DNA from: Parcubacteria group bacterium M10-OD1-1
Lineage (GTDB): Bacteria; Patescibacteriota; Minisyncoccia; Moranbacterales; UBA2206
Length of the DNA stretch: 64,000 bases
Assembly: GCA_003056145.1 (NCBI GenBank)
Contig: LSNL01000003.1
Coordinates: 73,993-137,992, forward strand
Direction of reading: 5' to 3'
Shown here piece by piece: positions 9,212 through 20,279 of this stretch. Position 1 is the first letter of the stretch; the number at the start of each line of letters is the position of its first letter. The notes under the pieces are model-generated. The model was given only the letters and a program-made list of their open reading frames with translations, did no database searches and was not told where the DNA came from. The position numbers were made by a program, and so were the translations under genes.

Positions 9212-9562
9212 AATTCTCCTCCTTGTGGATTTTGGGGAAAGGATTACCGATTCCCTTTAAGTAAAAAAAGGACCTAATCTGCAAAATTCGGTTGAATTTA
9301 CAGATTAAGTTAGTATATGCCATCATCATTATTAAGTCAAGAGCTCAGGTCCTAATCTTATTAACTAATTACAATAAATATTGCTAGTATTAACTCGGGT
9401 TTGATAAAATGCAGAATGTAAACTATACTTTGTTTGTGAGGTTAATTTTATTTTAGTATAGGTATAAAAATTTTTGGATTTACAAGAATATTATAGTTAA
9501 TTATACGGAGATTTGTTAAAAATATTTAGATGGATGAGGCATAAATACTAAAAATTAAATTT

Positions 9563-10960
9563 ATGAGTGATAAAAAAGAGAGTAATAAAATGGAAAAAAT
9601 TGTCGGTTGGGCGAAGAGAAGGGGTTTTGTTTTTCCGTCTAGTGAAATTTATGGTGGTTTCGGGGCTGTTTATGATTTTGGTCCTTACGGAGTAGAATTG
9701 GCAAAAAACATTAAGGAAAATTGGTGGAAAGTGATGGTGCAGGAAAATGAGAACATTATTGGCTTGGATAGTAGCATTTTTATGCATCCAAAGGTTTGGG
9801 AAGCTTCTGGACATGTTAGTGGTTTTAGTGATCCGTTAGCAGAATGTAAACAATGTCACAGTCGGTTAAGAGTAGATCATCTTTTGGAGGATATCGGTGT
9901 TTTTGCTGATGAAAAAATGAGTGATGAGGAAATTAATAAATTACTTGATGAAAATAGAGATGAAATTAAATGTCCAAAATGTGGAACAAAAGGTCAATTT
10001 TCTAAAGCGAAAAGTTTTAATCTCTTGGTAAAATCTAATTTGGGAAATTTTACAGAAGATTGGAATAAAGAACCAGCTTATTTGCGTGGCGAAACTTGTC
10101 AGGGAATTTATATCAATTTTAAAAATGTTTTGGATTCTACTCGACAAAAAATTCCTTTCGGAATTGCTCAAATTGGCAAAGCTTTTCGTAATGAAATCAC
10201 TGCTCGCCAATTCATTTTTCGCAAACGAGAGTTTGAACAGATGGAATTTCAGTATTTTGTTCATCCAAATGAAGCGATGAAAAGTTATGAGGAGTGGCGA
10301 GAACGGCGTTGGCAATATTATTTAGATTTAGGAATTAAAGAGGAAAATCTAAAATGGCATAAACACGAAAATTTGGTTTTTTACGCTAAGGCGGCGTGGG
10401 ACATTGATTATAATTTCCCGTTTGGTTTCAAAGAATTAGAAGGGATACATTATCGTACGGATTATGATTTAACTCAACATAGTAAATTTTCTGGTAAAGA
10501 TTTATCTTATCGTAATCCACAAACTAACGAAAAATATATTCCCCATATTCTAGAAGCATCGGTTGGCGTCGATAGAACTTTTTTAGCGGTAATTACTGAT
10601 GCCTATACGGAAGAAAAGTTGGAAGATGGAAATAAGCGAGTAATGATGAAATTTCCTAAGAAACTGGCACCAATCAAAGTGGCAATTTCCCCTTTGTTAA
10701 AAAATAAACCAGAATTAGTAACGAAGGCGCGGGAAATTTATAATAGTTTAAAATCGCAATATATGTGCGAATTTGATGACAATGGAAATATTGGAAAGCG
10801 TTATCGTCGGCAAGATGAAATTGGAACTCCATATTGTTTAACGGTTGATTTTGAGACTTTGGAAAATGATACTGTTACTATTCGTGACCGAGATACAATG
10901 GTGCAAGAAAGAGTTAAGGTTGAAAAATTGGAAGAATTTTTAAAAAATAAATTAAAATAA
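9563..10960 (+). CDS. glyQS: Glycine--tRNA ligase, alpha2 homodimeric type
   Basis: RRGFVFPSSEIYGG, YLRGETCQG, GKAFRNEIT, IGKRYRRQDEIGTP. Confidence 0.96.
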   Translation: MSDKKESNKMEKIVGWAKRRGFVFPSSEIYGGFGAVYDFGPYGVELAKNIKENWWKVMVQENENIIGLDSSIFMHPKVWEASGHVSGFSDPLAECKQCHSRLRVDHLLEDIGVFADEKMSDEEINKLLDENRDEIKCPKCGTKGQFSKAKSFNLLVKSNLGNFTEDWNKEPAYLRGETCQGIYINFKNVLDSTRQKIPFGIAQIGKAFRNEITARQFIFRKREFEQMEFQYFVHPNEAMKSYEEWRERRWQYYLDLGIKEENLKWHKHENLVFYAKAAWDIDYNFPFGFKELEGIHYRTDYDLTQHSKFSGKDLSYRNPQTNEKYIPHILEASVGVDRTFLAVITDAYTEEKLEDGNKRVMMKFPKKLAPIKVAISPLLKNKPELVTKAREIYNSLKSQYMCEFDDNGNIGKRYRRQDEIGTPYCLTVDFETLENDTVTIRDRDTMVQERVKVEKLEEFLKNKLK

Positions 10961-10970
10961 TTTTAAATAT

Positions 10971-12368
10971 ATGAAAATCACACTTACGAATGAAAAAATA
11001 AAAGCTAAAAAATTTACCAAAATTTTATTTTCAGAAAAAAATGCGACAAATCGCTTTGTTATTAAAAATGAGCAAGAAATTTTGGAAATTAAAACTGTCA
11101 AAAAGGAAAAAATGAATAGGCGAAAATGGATTATTTTTGTGAGAGGGATTATCTTGGAAGCCAAAAAAAATAAACTTAAAAATATTGTAATTAACTGGGA
11201 AGAATTGATAAAATTTAATAATTTAGGCGAAGATTTGGAAAAACTTTTTGTAGAAAATGTGGAATTGGCAAATTATGAATTCTGTAAATACAAAAAGAAA
11301 CCGAAGGAGGGGTGGAGTAATCTTGAAGAAATAAAATTAATTATGGAGAGTGATAAGAAAAGTGTTTTCGAAAAAAAAATTCAAGAAGCTCAAATAGTTA
11401 TGGAACAGGTTAATCGTTGTCGTAATTTAGCTAACACTCCTGGTGGAGATATGACACCAGAAATTTTGGTTAAGGAGACACGAAAAATGATTGCAGGAAC
11501 GGGAATTAAAATTCAAGTATTGGACGAAAAACAAATTAAAAAAAATAGAATGGGAGGAGTTTTGGCTGTAGGAAGTGGTAGTCAATATAAGCCAAGATTT
11601 ATAATCCTAGAATACAAAAACGGGGGTAAAACTGAAAAGCCAATTGTTTTAGTTGGTAAGGGAGTAACATTTGATTCGGGTGGAATTGACACTAAGCCAC
11701 ATCCATATGCTTTAGAGATGATGATGGATATGAGTGGTGGATCGGCAGTTATTGGAACAATTGTGGCTTTGGCAAAATTAAAAGTTAAAAAAAATATCGT
11801 AGCGCTTATTCCAGCGGTGGAGAATATGCCAAGTGGAACAAGCTTTCGTCCAGGAGACATTGTAGAAATGATGGATGGCACAATGGTAGAGATTGGACAC
11901 ACTGATGCTGAAGGTCGTTTGATTTTAGCAGACGCTTTAACTTTAGCTAAAAAATATAAGCCGAGTAGGGTTATTGATGTAGCGACTTTAACTGGAGCAG
12001 CAGTAATAGCCTTAGGTGAGCGAGCCAATGCTATCTTTACTAATAATGATGAGCTAGCTAAATTAGTAGAAAGAACGGCTGAGAAAGTTGGCGATTTTGT
12101 TTGGCGATTGCCTTTATGGGAAGAATATGAAAGTGATATTAAAGGAAACTTTGGAGAAATTTCCAATATAAATACTAAGGCTAAATCAGGTTATGGAAGC
12201 CCAACTACGGCAGCAACATTTTTAAAACATTTTGCTAAAGATTATAAAAAAGAATGGATGCATATTGATATCGCTCCGAGAATGACGGCGGTTTATGACG
12301 AAAACCTTACTAAAGGAGCAACTGGAACGCCAATAAGAATGTTAGTAGAATTGTTAACTAAAATCTAA
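10971..12368 (+). CDS. pepA: Leucyl aminopeptidase (M17)
   Basis: VGKGVTFDSGG, DMSG, TDAEGRLILAD, DVATLTGA, HIDIA. Confidence 0.93.
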   Translation: MKITLTNEKIKAKKFTKILFSEKNATNRFVIKNEQEILEIKTVKKEKMNRRKWIIFVRGIILEAKKNKLKNIVINWEELIKFNNLGEDLEKLFVENVELANYEFCKYKKKPKEGWSNLEEIKLIMESDKKSVFEKKIQEAQIVMEQVNRCRNLANTPGGDMTPEILVKETRKMIAGTGIKIQVLDEKQIKKNRMGGVLAVGSGSQYKPRFIILEYKNGGKTEKPIVLVGKGVTFDSGGIDTKPHPYALEMMMDMSGGSAVIGTIVALAKLKVKKNIVALIPAVENMPSGTSFRPGDIVEMMDGTMVEIGHTDAEGRLILADALTLAKKYKPSRVIDVATLTGAAVIALGERANAIFTNNDELAKLVERTAEKVGDFVWRLPLWEEYESDIKGNFGEISNINTKAKSGYGSPTTAATFLKHFAKDYKKEWMHIDIAPRMTAVYDENLTKGATGTPIRMLVELLTKI

Positions 12369-12392
12369 ACTTAATAAAATTAAGTTTAGATT
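12362..12392. terminator. AT-rich hairpin at pepA end
   Basis: aatctaaacttaat-aaa-attaagtttagatt. Confidence 0.45.
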
Positions 12393-12448
12393 AACAACTG
12401 AAAACTTCTAACTTTGTAATGTAACTTACGTTAAGAAAAAATATAATC

Positions 12449-13717
12449 ATGAACTATAAAAAAACTAAATTAAAAAATGGCTTGAGAGTGATAACTATTC
12501 CGATGGTGGGCACAAAAACTGTTACAGTAGTTACTATGGTCGGAGTAGGCTCTCGTTACGAAACAGAAAAAGAAGCTGGGCTTTCACATTTTATTGAGCA
12601 TATGTTATTTAAAGGAACTAAAAAACGTCCAACGGCTTTAGATATTTCTAGCGAATTAGACAATGTTGGTGGGGAATTTAATGCCTTTACTTCTAAAGAG
12701 ACTACTGGCTATTACGCTAAAGTAGATGCTAAACATATTAAAATAGCTTTAGATATTATTGCTGATATTTATCTTAATTCTAAAATAGAACCAAAAGAAA
12801 TAGAAAAAGAAAAGAGAACTATCTTACAAGAATTAAATATGTATGAAGATATGCCAATGCAAAATGTGGAAGATGTTTTTGAGAAATTACTTTATTCTGG
12901 AAATAGCCTAGGAAGAGAGATTATTGGTTACAAAAAAACCATTCAATTATTTCAGCGAAAAGATTTTTTGAAATATAAGAAGCGTTTTTATTTAGCTAAT
13001 GATACAGTAGTTTGTATAGCGGGAAAATTTGATGAAAAAAAAGTAATTACCCAGGTGAAAAAGTATTTTTCTACGATGTCAGAAGGTAGCAAGTCAGAAA
13101 TTATCTCAGTAGAAGAAAAACAAAAAATGCCTCAATCAAAAATTAAATTTAAGAAAACTGATCAAACTCATTTATCACTAGGGTTTAGATCTTACAAACA
13201 AAATCATAAAGATCAATATGTTTTATTTTTAATAGCTGTTATTTTAGGAGGGAATATGTCTAGTCGGATGTTTATAGAAGTTAGAGAGCGAAGAGGGTTA
13301 GCTTATTATATTAAAACAGGAAGAGAAAGTTTTATTGATTGTGGACATTTAACTACTAGAGCAGGAATAGAACATAAAAACTTGGAGCTAGCTATTGAAA
13401 CTATTTTAGGTGAATATCGAAAAATAGCTCAAGAAAAAATTTCTTTTAGGGAATTACAAAGAGCTAAGGATTATATCAAAGGAAAAACTATTATGGGAAT
13501 GGAAGCCTCTGATGAGGTAGCAATGTATTTCATTGAACAAGAAGTGACTAAAAAAGAAGTATTAACTATAGAAGAAAAATTTGAGCTTATTGATAAAGTT
13601 ACTCCAGATGATATACTAAGAGTAGCTCAGGATATAATCAAAAAAGAAAAGCTAAATTTAGCTATTATTGGTCCACATAAAAATAATGCAAAATTAAAAA
13701 GCCTATTAAAATTATAA
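12449..13717 (+). CDS. M16 family zinc peptidase (pitrilysin-like)
   Basis: Inverted zinc motif HFIEHMLFKGT, NAFT and RERRGLAY. Confidence 0.93.
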   Translation: MNYKKTKLKNGLRVITIPMVGTKTVTVVTMVGVGSRYETEKEAGLSHFIEHMLFKGTKKRPTALDISSELDNVGGEFNAFTSKETTGYYAKVDAKHIKIALDIIADIYLNSKIEPKEIEKEKRTILQELNMYEDMPMQNVEDVFEKLLYSGNSLGREIIGYKKTIQLFQRKDFLKYKKRFYLANDTVVCIAGKFDEKKVITQVKKYFSTMSEGSKSEIISVEEKQKMPQSKIKFKKTDQTHLSLGFRSYKQNHKDQYVLFLIAVILGGNMSSRMFIEVRERRGLAYYIKTGRESFIDCGHLTTRAGIEHKNLELAIETILGEYRKIAQEKISFRELQRAKDYIKGKTIMGMEASDEVAMYFIEQEVTKKEVLTIEEKFELIDKVTPDDILRVAQDIIKKEKLNLAIIGPHKNNAKLKSLLKL

Positions 13718-13721
13718 GCTT

Positions 13722-14750
13722 ATGGAAAAATTAAAAATAGAAATTTCAACTAAATCAATCATAAAAATCATGGCTGTTATTTTAGTCGGTTGGTTTTTAT
13801 ATCTAGTAAGAGATATTATTATTCTCTTTTTTATTGCTTTAATTATTGTTTCAGCTATTGATTCTACGGTTGATTGGTTACAAAAAAAGAAAATTCCTCG
13901 TTCGGTAGGAGTATCTATTATTTATTTGTTTTTAATTATTGTAACTAGTTTAGCGGTTTCTTTTTTAATACCTCCAATTGCTCATCAGTTTTCAGATTTT
14001 TCTCAAAACTTTCCCGCATATTATCAAAAGACTGAACATTTGCTTGGAACTACTTCTAATTTTTTTCAATCAAAACATATTAATGTTACTACGCAAAATC
14101 TTTTTGACAATATTAGCAATTGGATTTCACATATTCCACAGAATCTTTTCTCTACAACTATAGGTGTTTTTTCTGGCTTAGTCTCAGTAGTATCTGTTTT
14201 ATCAATAGCTTTTTATATGGCAGTGGAAGAAGACGGAATTAATAAATTGATAGCTTCAGTAACTCCTAGTAAGTATCAAAAATATATTGTTGATTTATCC
14301 ACTAGAATAAAATACAAAATTGGTAAATGGATGCAAGGGCAAATTTCTTTAATGCTAATAGTCTTTATCTTAGATTATATCGGCTTAAGCTTGGCTGGTA
14401 TTCCGTATGCTTTAGCGTTAGCTGTTATTGCTGGTCTTTTGGAGATTATACCTTATATTGGTCCAATTATTTCGGCTGTACCTGGAGCTATTTTAGGATT
14501 TTTAATTTCTCCGATTAAAGGTATTTTAGCAATCTTAGTTTATTTCATAGTACAACAAACTGAGAGTAATGTTTTAACTCCTTTAATTATGAAAAAGGCT
14601 GTTGGTCTAAACCCAGCAGTAGTTATTATAGTTCTTTTAATTGGGGCAAAGCTGGCAGGAATTACGGGAGCTATTTTAGCTGTACCAATTGCTACAGCGA
14701 TAGGACTTTTTATTAGAGATTTATTCTTTAAAGAAAATCAAAAAAATTAG
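13722..14750 (+). CDS. AI-2E family transporter
   Basis: Multi-TM protein with IPYIGP, QQTESNVLTP and GAILAVP. Confidence 0.9.
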   Translation: MEKLKIEISTKSIIKIMAVILVGWFLYLVRDIIILFFIALIIVSAIDSTVDWLQKKKIPRSVGVSIIYLFLIIVTSLAVSFLIPPIAHQFSDFSQNFPAYYQKTEHLLGTTSNFFQSKHINVTTQNLFDNISNWISHIPQNLFSTTIGVFSGLVSVVSVLSIAFYMAVEEDGINKLIASVTPSKYQKYIVDLSTRIKYKIGKWMQGQISLMLIVFILDYIGLSLAGIPYALALAVIAGLLEIIPYIGPIISAVPGAILGFLISPIKGILAILVYFIVQQTESNVLTPLIMKKAVGLNPAVVIIVLLIGAKLAGITGAILAVPIATAIGLFIRDLFFKENQKN

Positions 14751-14768
14751 TTTGATGAATTAACTTTT

Positions 14769-15461
14769 ATGAAAGCAGGAACACTATATATAGTTGCCAC
14801 TCCGATTGGTAATTTAAAAGATATTACTTATAGAGCTGTAGAAACTTTAAAAAAGGTTGATTTAATTGTTTGTGAGGACACTAGAACATCTAAAAAGCTT
14901 TTAAATAATTATGAAATAGTCACTCCTGTCTGGTCTTTTTATCGAAATATTCATAAAGGAGGAGCTATTAAACCAGTTCCTAAGTTAAAATCAATTTTAG
15001 AGAAGCTTCAAACAGGAAAAGAAGTAGCTTTAATAACTGATGCTGGTACACCTGGAATTTCTGATCCTGGTAATCAATTAGTGGAGATAGCTATTAAAAA
15101 TGAAATAACTGTAGTTCCAATTCCAGGATCTTCAGCTTTAATTTCTTTAGCTAGTATTTCAGGAATTGATTTATCACAATTTATTTTTTTAGGGTTTCCG
15201 CCACATAAAAAAGGAAGAGAGACTTTTTTTAAGGAAGTCTTAGCTTTAAAATATCCAGTTATTTATTATGAATCTCCTCATCGCTTAATTAAAAACTTAG
15301 AGCTTTTAAAAAGGCTTCAATCAACAAAAAATATTATTTTAGGTCGGGAATTGACTAAAATGTTTGAAGAAATAGTCAGAGGAACAGTAGAAGAAATACT
15401 GATTTATTTTAATAATTTTCAAAATAAAGTAAAAGGAGAAATAGTTATTATAATTTATTAA
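14769..15461 (+). CDS. rsmI: 16S rRNA C1402 2'-O-methyltransferase
   Basis: LYIVATPIGNLKDIT, CEDTR, DAGTPGISDPG, YESPHR, RELTK. Confidence 0.95.
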   Translation: MKAGTLYIVATPIGNLKDITYRAVETLKKVDLIVCEDTRTSKKLLNNYEIVTPVWSFYRNIHKGGAIKPVPKLKSILEKLQTGKEVALITDAGTPGISDPGNQLVEIAIKNEITVVPIPGSSALISLASISGIDLSQFIFLGFPPHKKGRETFFKEVLALKYPVIYYESPHRLIKNLELLKRLQSTKNIILGRELTKMFEEIVRGTVEEILIYFNNFQNKVKGEIVIIIY

Positions 15462-15472
15462 GAAACTTAAGC

Positions 15473-16903
15473 ATGCAAGAAAAATTTTACATTACTACAA
15501 CTTTACCTTATGTTAATGCAGAACCACATATTGGTTTTGCTAGTGAAATAATTATGGCGGATGCTCGGTCTCGTTTTGAAAAATCTTTAGGCAAGGAAGT
15601 AGTTTTTAACACTGGAACGGATGAACATGGTGTGAAAATTTGGCAAAAAGCTCAAACTAAAGGACAAGGAACTCAAGAATATGTTAACGAATACGCTCAA
15701 AAATTTGATCAATTAAAACAATTATTAAATCTCAGTTATACTAATTTTACTAGAACAACTAATAAACATCATGAAAAATCTGCTCAAGAAATTTGGAGGA
15801 GAGTAGAGAAAAATGGATATATCTATAAAAAGCAGTACGAAATTAAATATTGTATAGGGTGTGAGTTGGAGAAGACTGATAGTGAATTAGAAAAAGGTTG
15901 TTGTCCTTTTCATCCAGGAAAAGAATTAGAAATAATAAAAGAGGAAAATTATTTTTTTAGATTTAGCCAATTTCAAAAAAAACTTTTAAAATTATATAAA
16001 GAAAATCCTACCTTTGTAGTGCCTGAAAAAAGGTTTAATGAAATTAAATCTTTTGTAAAACGAGGTTTGGAGGATTTTTCTATTTCTCGTTTAAAAGAAA
16101 AGATGCCGTGGGGAATTGCTGTACCAGACGATGACACTCAAGTAATATATGTTTGGTTCGATGCTTTAATAAACTACATTTCTACCTTAGGCTGGCCGGA
16201 AGATGAAAAAAAATTTAGAAAATTTTGGGGAACCAAAGAAAAGCCCCAGGCTGTTCAAATTGCTGGCAAAGATAATCTTCGTCAACAATCTGCAATGTGG
16301 CAGGCGATGTTAATGGCAGCTGATTTGCCAACTAGTCAACAAATTTTTATCAATGGTTTTATTAGTGTTGACGGTCAAAAAATGAGTAAATCAATTGGAA
16401 ATGTAATTTCTCCTAAAGAAATGGTGGATAAATTTGGTAAAGATGGAACTAGGTATTTATTATTAGCTAAGGGAACCTTTGGAGAAGATAGTGATATTTC
16501 TTGGAAAAAGTTTATACTCAAATATAATGCTGATTTAGCTAATGGTCTTGGGAATTTAACAGCTAGAATCATAAAGTTAGGAGAAAATATTAAATTTAAT
16601 TTAAAAGATATCCAATATGAAGTAAGTCTTCAAACTAAAAATAATTTTGAGCTAATGAATTTAGATAAGGAGTTAGAAGATATAATTAAACGAGTTAAAG
16701 AGGCTAATCAACTTATTGAAAAAACTAAACCTTGGGAGTTAGCAAAAAACAAAGTGGTTGAATTTGAAAAAATTATGCGAGAACTTTTGACAGAATTGTT
16801 CATTATTAGCCAAAAATTAGAACCATTGATGCCTGAAACTGCAGAAAAAATAAAAGTAGCCCTAGAAACAAAAGAAAGAATTATTTTGTTTAAGAGAATA
16901 TAA
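15473..16903 (+). CDS. metG: Methionine--tRNA ligase (short monomeric form)
   Basis: PYVNAEPHIG (HIGH-like), GTDEHG, YVWFDAL, KMSKS. Confidence 0.95.
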   Translation: MQEKFYITTTLPYVNAEPHIGFASEIIMADARSRFEKSLGKEVVFNTGTDEHGVKIWQKAQTKGQGTQEYVNEYAQKFDQLKQLLNLSYTNFTRTTNKHHEKSAQEIWRRVEKNGYIYKKQYEIKYCIGCELEKTDSELEKGCCPFHPGKELEIIKEENYFFRFSQFQKKLLKLYKENPTFVVPEKRFNEIKSFVKRGLEDFSISRLKEKMPWGIAVPDDDTQVIYVWFDALINYISTLGWPEDEKKFRKFWGTKEKPQAVQIAGKDNLRQQSAMWQAMLMAADLPTSQQIFINGFISVDGQKMSKSIGNVISPKEMVDKFGKDGTRYLLLAKGTFGEDSDISWKKFILKYNADLANGLGNLTARIIKLGENIKFNLKDIQYEVSLQTKNNFELMNLDKELEDIIKRVKEANQLIEKTKPWELAKNKVVEFEKIMRELLTELFIISQKLEPLMPETAEKIKVALETKERIILFKRI

Positions 16904-16944
16904 CAGTAAATTACAGTGAGCTATTATTTTGTTGTGAAAAAGCT

Positions 16945-17781
16945 ATGATAATTGATGCCCATACTCATTTAGATGATCAGCAGTTTGATAATGATCGCCC
17001 AGCTGTGATTGAGCGAGCTTTTGCTAGTGGAGTAGAAAAAATAATTAATATTGGTGCTGGAATTGGGAGCTCTGAACGATCAGTTAAATTGGCTCAAAAA
17101 TATAAAAATATTTACGCCTCGGTTGGTTTGCATCCTAGTTATTTTGACCAATATCAAGAGAAAAGCTTTAATTACTTTAGTAGATTAGAAGAACTAGCTA
17201 AAGAAGAAAAAGTAGTGGCTATCGGAGAAATTGGATTGGAATATTTTAGACATAATGAAAAACTAATAACTGAGCAAGAAAAAGTAAACCAACAAAAAGG
17301 ATTTATTGCTCAATTAGAGTTAGCTCAAAAATTAAATCTTCCAGTGATTATTCATTGTCGAGGAGCTAAAGCAGAAAGAGGTAAAAAATATAGAGAAACA
17401 AGTGAAGCTTATGAAGACATTTTAGAGATTATCAATAATTTTTCTCAGCTAAAATATGTTTTTCATGGTTTTAGTGGACGATTAAGTTTTACTAAAAAAG
17501 TTTTATTATTAAAGAATGTTAATTTTTCGTTTACTGGTAATATTACTTATGCTAAATCAGAGACAGAAATTTTAACAGTGATTAAAACTATTCCATTAGA
17601 AAGAATAATAGTAGAAACTGATTGTCCTTATTTAGCTCCAGTACCAAAAAGAGGAAAAAGAAATGAGCCCAGCTATGTTATTTATGTAGCAGAAAAAATA
17701 GCAGAGATAAAAAAAATTAGTAAATCAATCGTATTTAAAAAAACTAGAGAAAATACTAAAAATTGGTTTAATTTAGGCTAA
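16945..17781 (+). CDS. tatD: TatD family hydrolase
   Basis: DAHTH, GLHP, IGEIGL, IHCR, ETDCPYLAP. Confidence 0.93.
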   Translation: MIIDAHTHLDDQQFDNDRPAVIERAFASGVEKIINIGAGIGSSERSVKLAQKYKNIYASVGLHPSYFDQYQEKSFNYFSRLEELAKEEKVVAIGEIGLEYFRHNEKLITEQEKVNQQKGFIAQLELAQKLNLPVIIHCRGAKAERGKKYRETSEAYEDILEIINNFSQLKYVFHGFSGRLSFTKKVLLLKNVNFSFTGNITYAKSETEILTVIKTIPLERIIVETDCPYLAPVPKRGKRNEPSYVIYVAEKIAEIKKISKSIVFKKTRENTKNWFNLG

Positions 17782-17959
17782 AAGACAAATATTAAAAGGG
17801 AAAAAGCCAATTGATTGCTTTATTAGAAAAAATTAAATTAAAAGAAATAGAAAAATAAAAAAATAAAAAAGATTATTTTGAGATAGTTGACAGTTCTTTA
17901 ATTTTAAGCAACAATTAAGAGGGTTGTTTTTCAACACTTTTTTATTTTAAGACAGAACA

Positions 17960-18190
17960 TTGACGAAGAATGATAAAAAAAATAATATATCCTTTTCGGC
18001 TTTATCTTTAGCGTGGGAATTAGGTTATTCAATTGCTATCCCGTTAGTAGGATTGGCTTTAGGGGGAAGAATTTTGGATAAAAAATTTGGTACTTCGCCT
18101 TTTTTATTGCTAACTGGTATTCTTATTTCAATTATTGCTTCAACCTATATAGTTTACAAAAAAACTACCAATATAATGAATAAAAAATAA
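17960..18190 (+). CDS. AtpZ/AtpI family membrane protein
   Basis: Two TM helices and GRILDKKFGTSP motif; first gene of the atp operon. Confidence 0.8.
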   Translation: MTKNDKKNNISFSALSLAWELGYSIAIPLVGLALGGRILDKKFGTSPFLLLTGILISIIASTYIVYKKTTNIMNKK

Positions 18191-18942
18191 TGGATATTTC
18201 ACTTACACCTGAAACAATATTTCATTTTGGGTCATTCCCAATCACAAATACATTATTGATAACTTTAATTATTAGTGCGATTATTATTGTTACTTCTCTT
18301 TTTTTGAAAAAAAATTTAAAGATTATTCCTACTGGTTTTCAAAATATTATAGAATATATTTTAGAATCATTTTTAAATTTGATAGATAGTGTTACTCATG
18401 ACCGGGAACAAACGAAAAAATTTTTCCCATTAGTAGTAACTATTTTTATTTTTATTATCCTGTCTAATTGGGTTGAGCTAGTTCCTGGTTTAGGAACGAT
18501 TGGAATAAATGTAGCTAAAAATGGGCATTCATCGTTTATTCCTTTTATTAGAAGTTCATCAGCAGATTTGAATGTTACTTTAGCAATTGCTTTGATTTCA
18601 GTTTTTTCAGCTCAATTTATGGGAATTGCGGCTATCGGAGCCGTTAAATATGCTGGTAAGTTTTTTGTTAATCCTTTTCGTAAACCATATTTTATCGGAA
18701 CTTTTGTTGGAGTATTAGAATTGATTAGTGAGGTAGCTAAAGTTATATCCTTTTCTTTTCGTCTTTTCGGAAATATTTTTGCTGGAGAAGTTCTTTTATT
18801 AGTAATGTTGGAGTTAGTTCCTTATTTTGTTCCAGTACCATTTTTGTTTTTAGAATTATTTGTTGGTTTTATTCAAGCGTTAGTATTCGCTATGTTAACC
18901 TTAGTATTTTTAAAAATAGCGGTAACAGAGACTAGTCATTAA
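18190..18942 (+). CDS. atpB: ATP synthase subunit a
   Basis: SFRLFGNIFAGE, IQALVF. Confidence 0.96.
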   Translation: MDISLTPETIFHFGSFPITNTLLITLIISAIIIVTSLFLKKNLKIIPTGFQNIIEYILESFLNLIDSVTHDREQTKKFFPLVVTIFIFIILSNWVELVPGLGTIGINVAKNGHSSFIPFIRSSSADLNVTLAIALISVFSAQFMGIAAIGAVKYAGKFFVNPFRKPYFIGTFVGVLELISEVAKVISFSFRLFGNIFAGEVLLLVMLELVPYFVPVPFLFLELFVGFIQALVFAMLTLVFLKIAVTETSH

Positions 18943-19057
18943 TTAAAAGTTTACAAATTGAGAGTATTTTATAAACAGTTAATTTCTGATTAGTAATCAG
19001 AGAAAGTTAATAATTTTTTAATATTAATTTCTAGTGACCATCGGTGAAGTGGGCTAG

Positions 19058-19303
<246 letters not shown>

Positions 19304-19312
19304 TTATTGAAA

Positions 19313-19334
19313 TAGCTCCAAATATTTGGAGCTA
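19313..19334. terminator. 22-bp palindrome between atpE and atpF
   Basis: tagctccaaatatttggagcta. Confidence 0.55.
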
Positions 19335-19363
19335 GAATGAGTAACTAAGTTAAAACTAAAAAA

Positions 19364-19849
19364 ATGGAATTGTTAAATAATTTAGGAGTTAATGGAAAAT
19401 TATTGTTAGCGCAATTAGTCAATTTTGCGATTTTAATTTGGGTATTACACAAATTTGCTTATGGACCTATTTTAAAATTACTAGAAACTAGAACTAAAAA
19501 AATAGAAAAAGGATTAAAGGATGCAGAAAAATCACAAAAAAAACTAGCTGAGATTGAAGAAAAAGAAGAAAAAGTTTTAGTGAAAGCGAGAAAAAAAGCT
19601 CAAGAAATAATTAAAAAAGCGGAAGAATTAGCAGTAGAAAATGCTAACGAAATAGTGATTGTAGCGAAAGAACAAACAGAAAAAATGTTAGATATCAGTC
19701 AAAAACAAATTAAACAAGAAAAAGAAAAAATTTTAAGAGAAGTTAAATCCGAAATTGCTACCTTAGTAGTTTCGGCTTCTGAGAAAATAATTGGGGAAAA
19801 ATTAGATAGTGAAAAAGATCAAGAATTAATTAAACATAGTTTAAAATGA
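19364..19849 (+). CDS. atpF: ATP synthase subunit b
   Basis: N-terminal TM (QLVNFAIL) plus coiled coil; operon position. Confidence 0.93.
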   Translation: MELLNNLGVNGKLLLAQLVNFAILIWVLHKFAYGPILKLLETRTKKIEKGLKDAEKSQKKLAEIEEKEEKVLVKARKKAQEIIKKAEELAVENANEIVIVAKEQTEKMLDISQKQIKQEKEKILREVKSEIATLVVSASEKIIGEKLDSEKDQELIKHSLK

Positions 19850-20250
19850 TGAGCTTATCAGTCAGTCAATATACAAAAGCTTTATATCAAGTATCCGAGA
19901 ATAAATCTCCCAAAGAGATTGATTTTATAATTAATAATTTTTTAAAGATCTTACAGAAAAATAGACAAATGAAACTAGTTGAAAAAATCATCGCTGAGTT
20001 TAGTTTACTTTTTAATAAAAAAAATAAAATTATTGAAGCAGAAATAATTAGTCGAGATAAGCTAACTATAGAAACACAGAAAAAGATTGAAGAATTTTTA
20101 ATCAAAAAATACGAAATTGACAAAGTTATAACTAAAAATGTTATTAGTCAGAAGATTAAGGGAGGGATAATTATTAAAACTCAGAATGAAATGATAGATT
20201 TTTCTGTGGCTAATCAACTATTGAAATTAAAGAGAGCCTTAATTAAATAA
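19846..20250 (+). CDS. atpH: ATP synthase subunit delta (short)
   Basis: YTKALY and IKGGIII...IDFSV; operon position. Confidence 0.85.
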   Translation: MMSLSVSQYTKALYQVSENKSPKEIDFIINNFLKILQKNRQMKLVEKIIAEFSLLFNKKNKIIEAEIISRDKLTIETQKKIEEFLIKKYEIDKVITKNVISQKIKGGIIIKTQNEMIDFSVANQLLKLKRALIK

Positions 20251-20279
20251 ATATATTAAAATAATTTAAATAAAAAATT

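Noticed and set aside
9360-9562. T-box riboswitch upstream of glyS
   Set aside because: No T-box consensus or terminator/antiterminator pair is visible.
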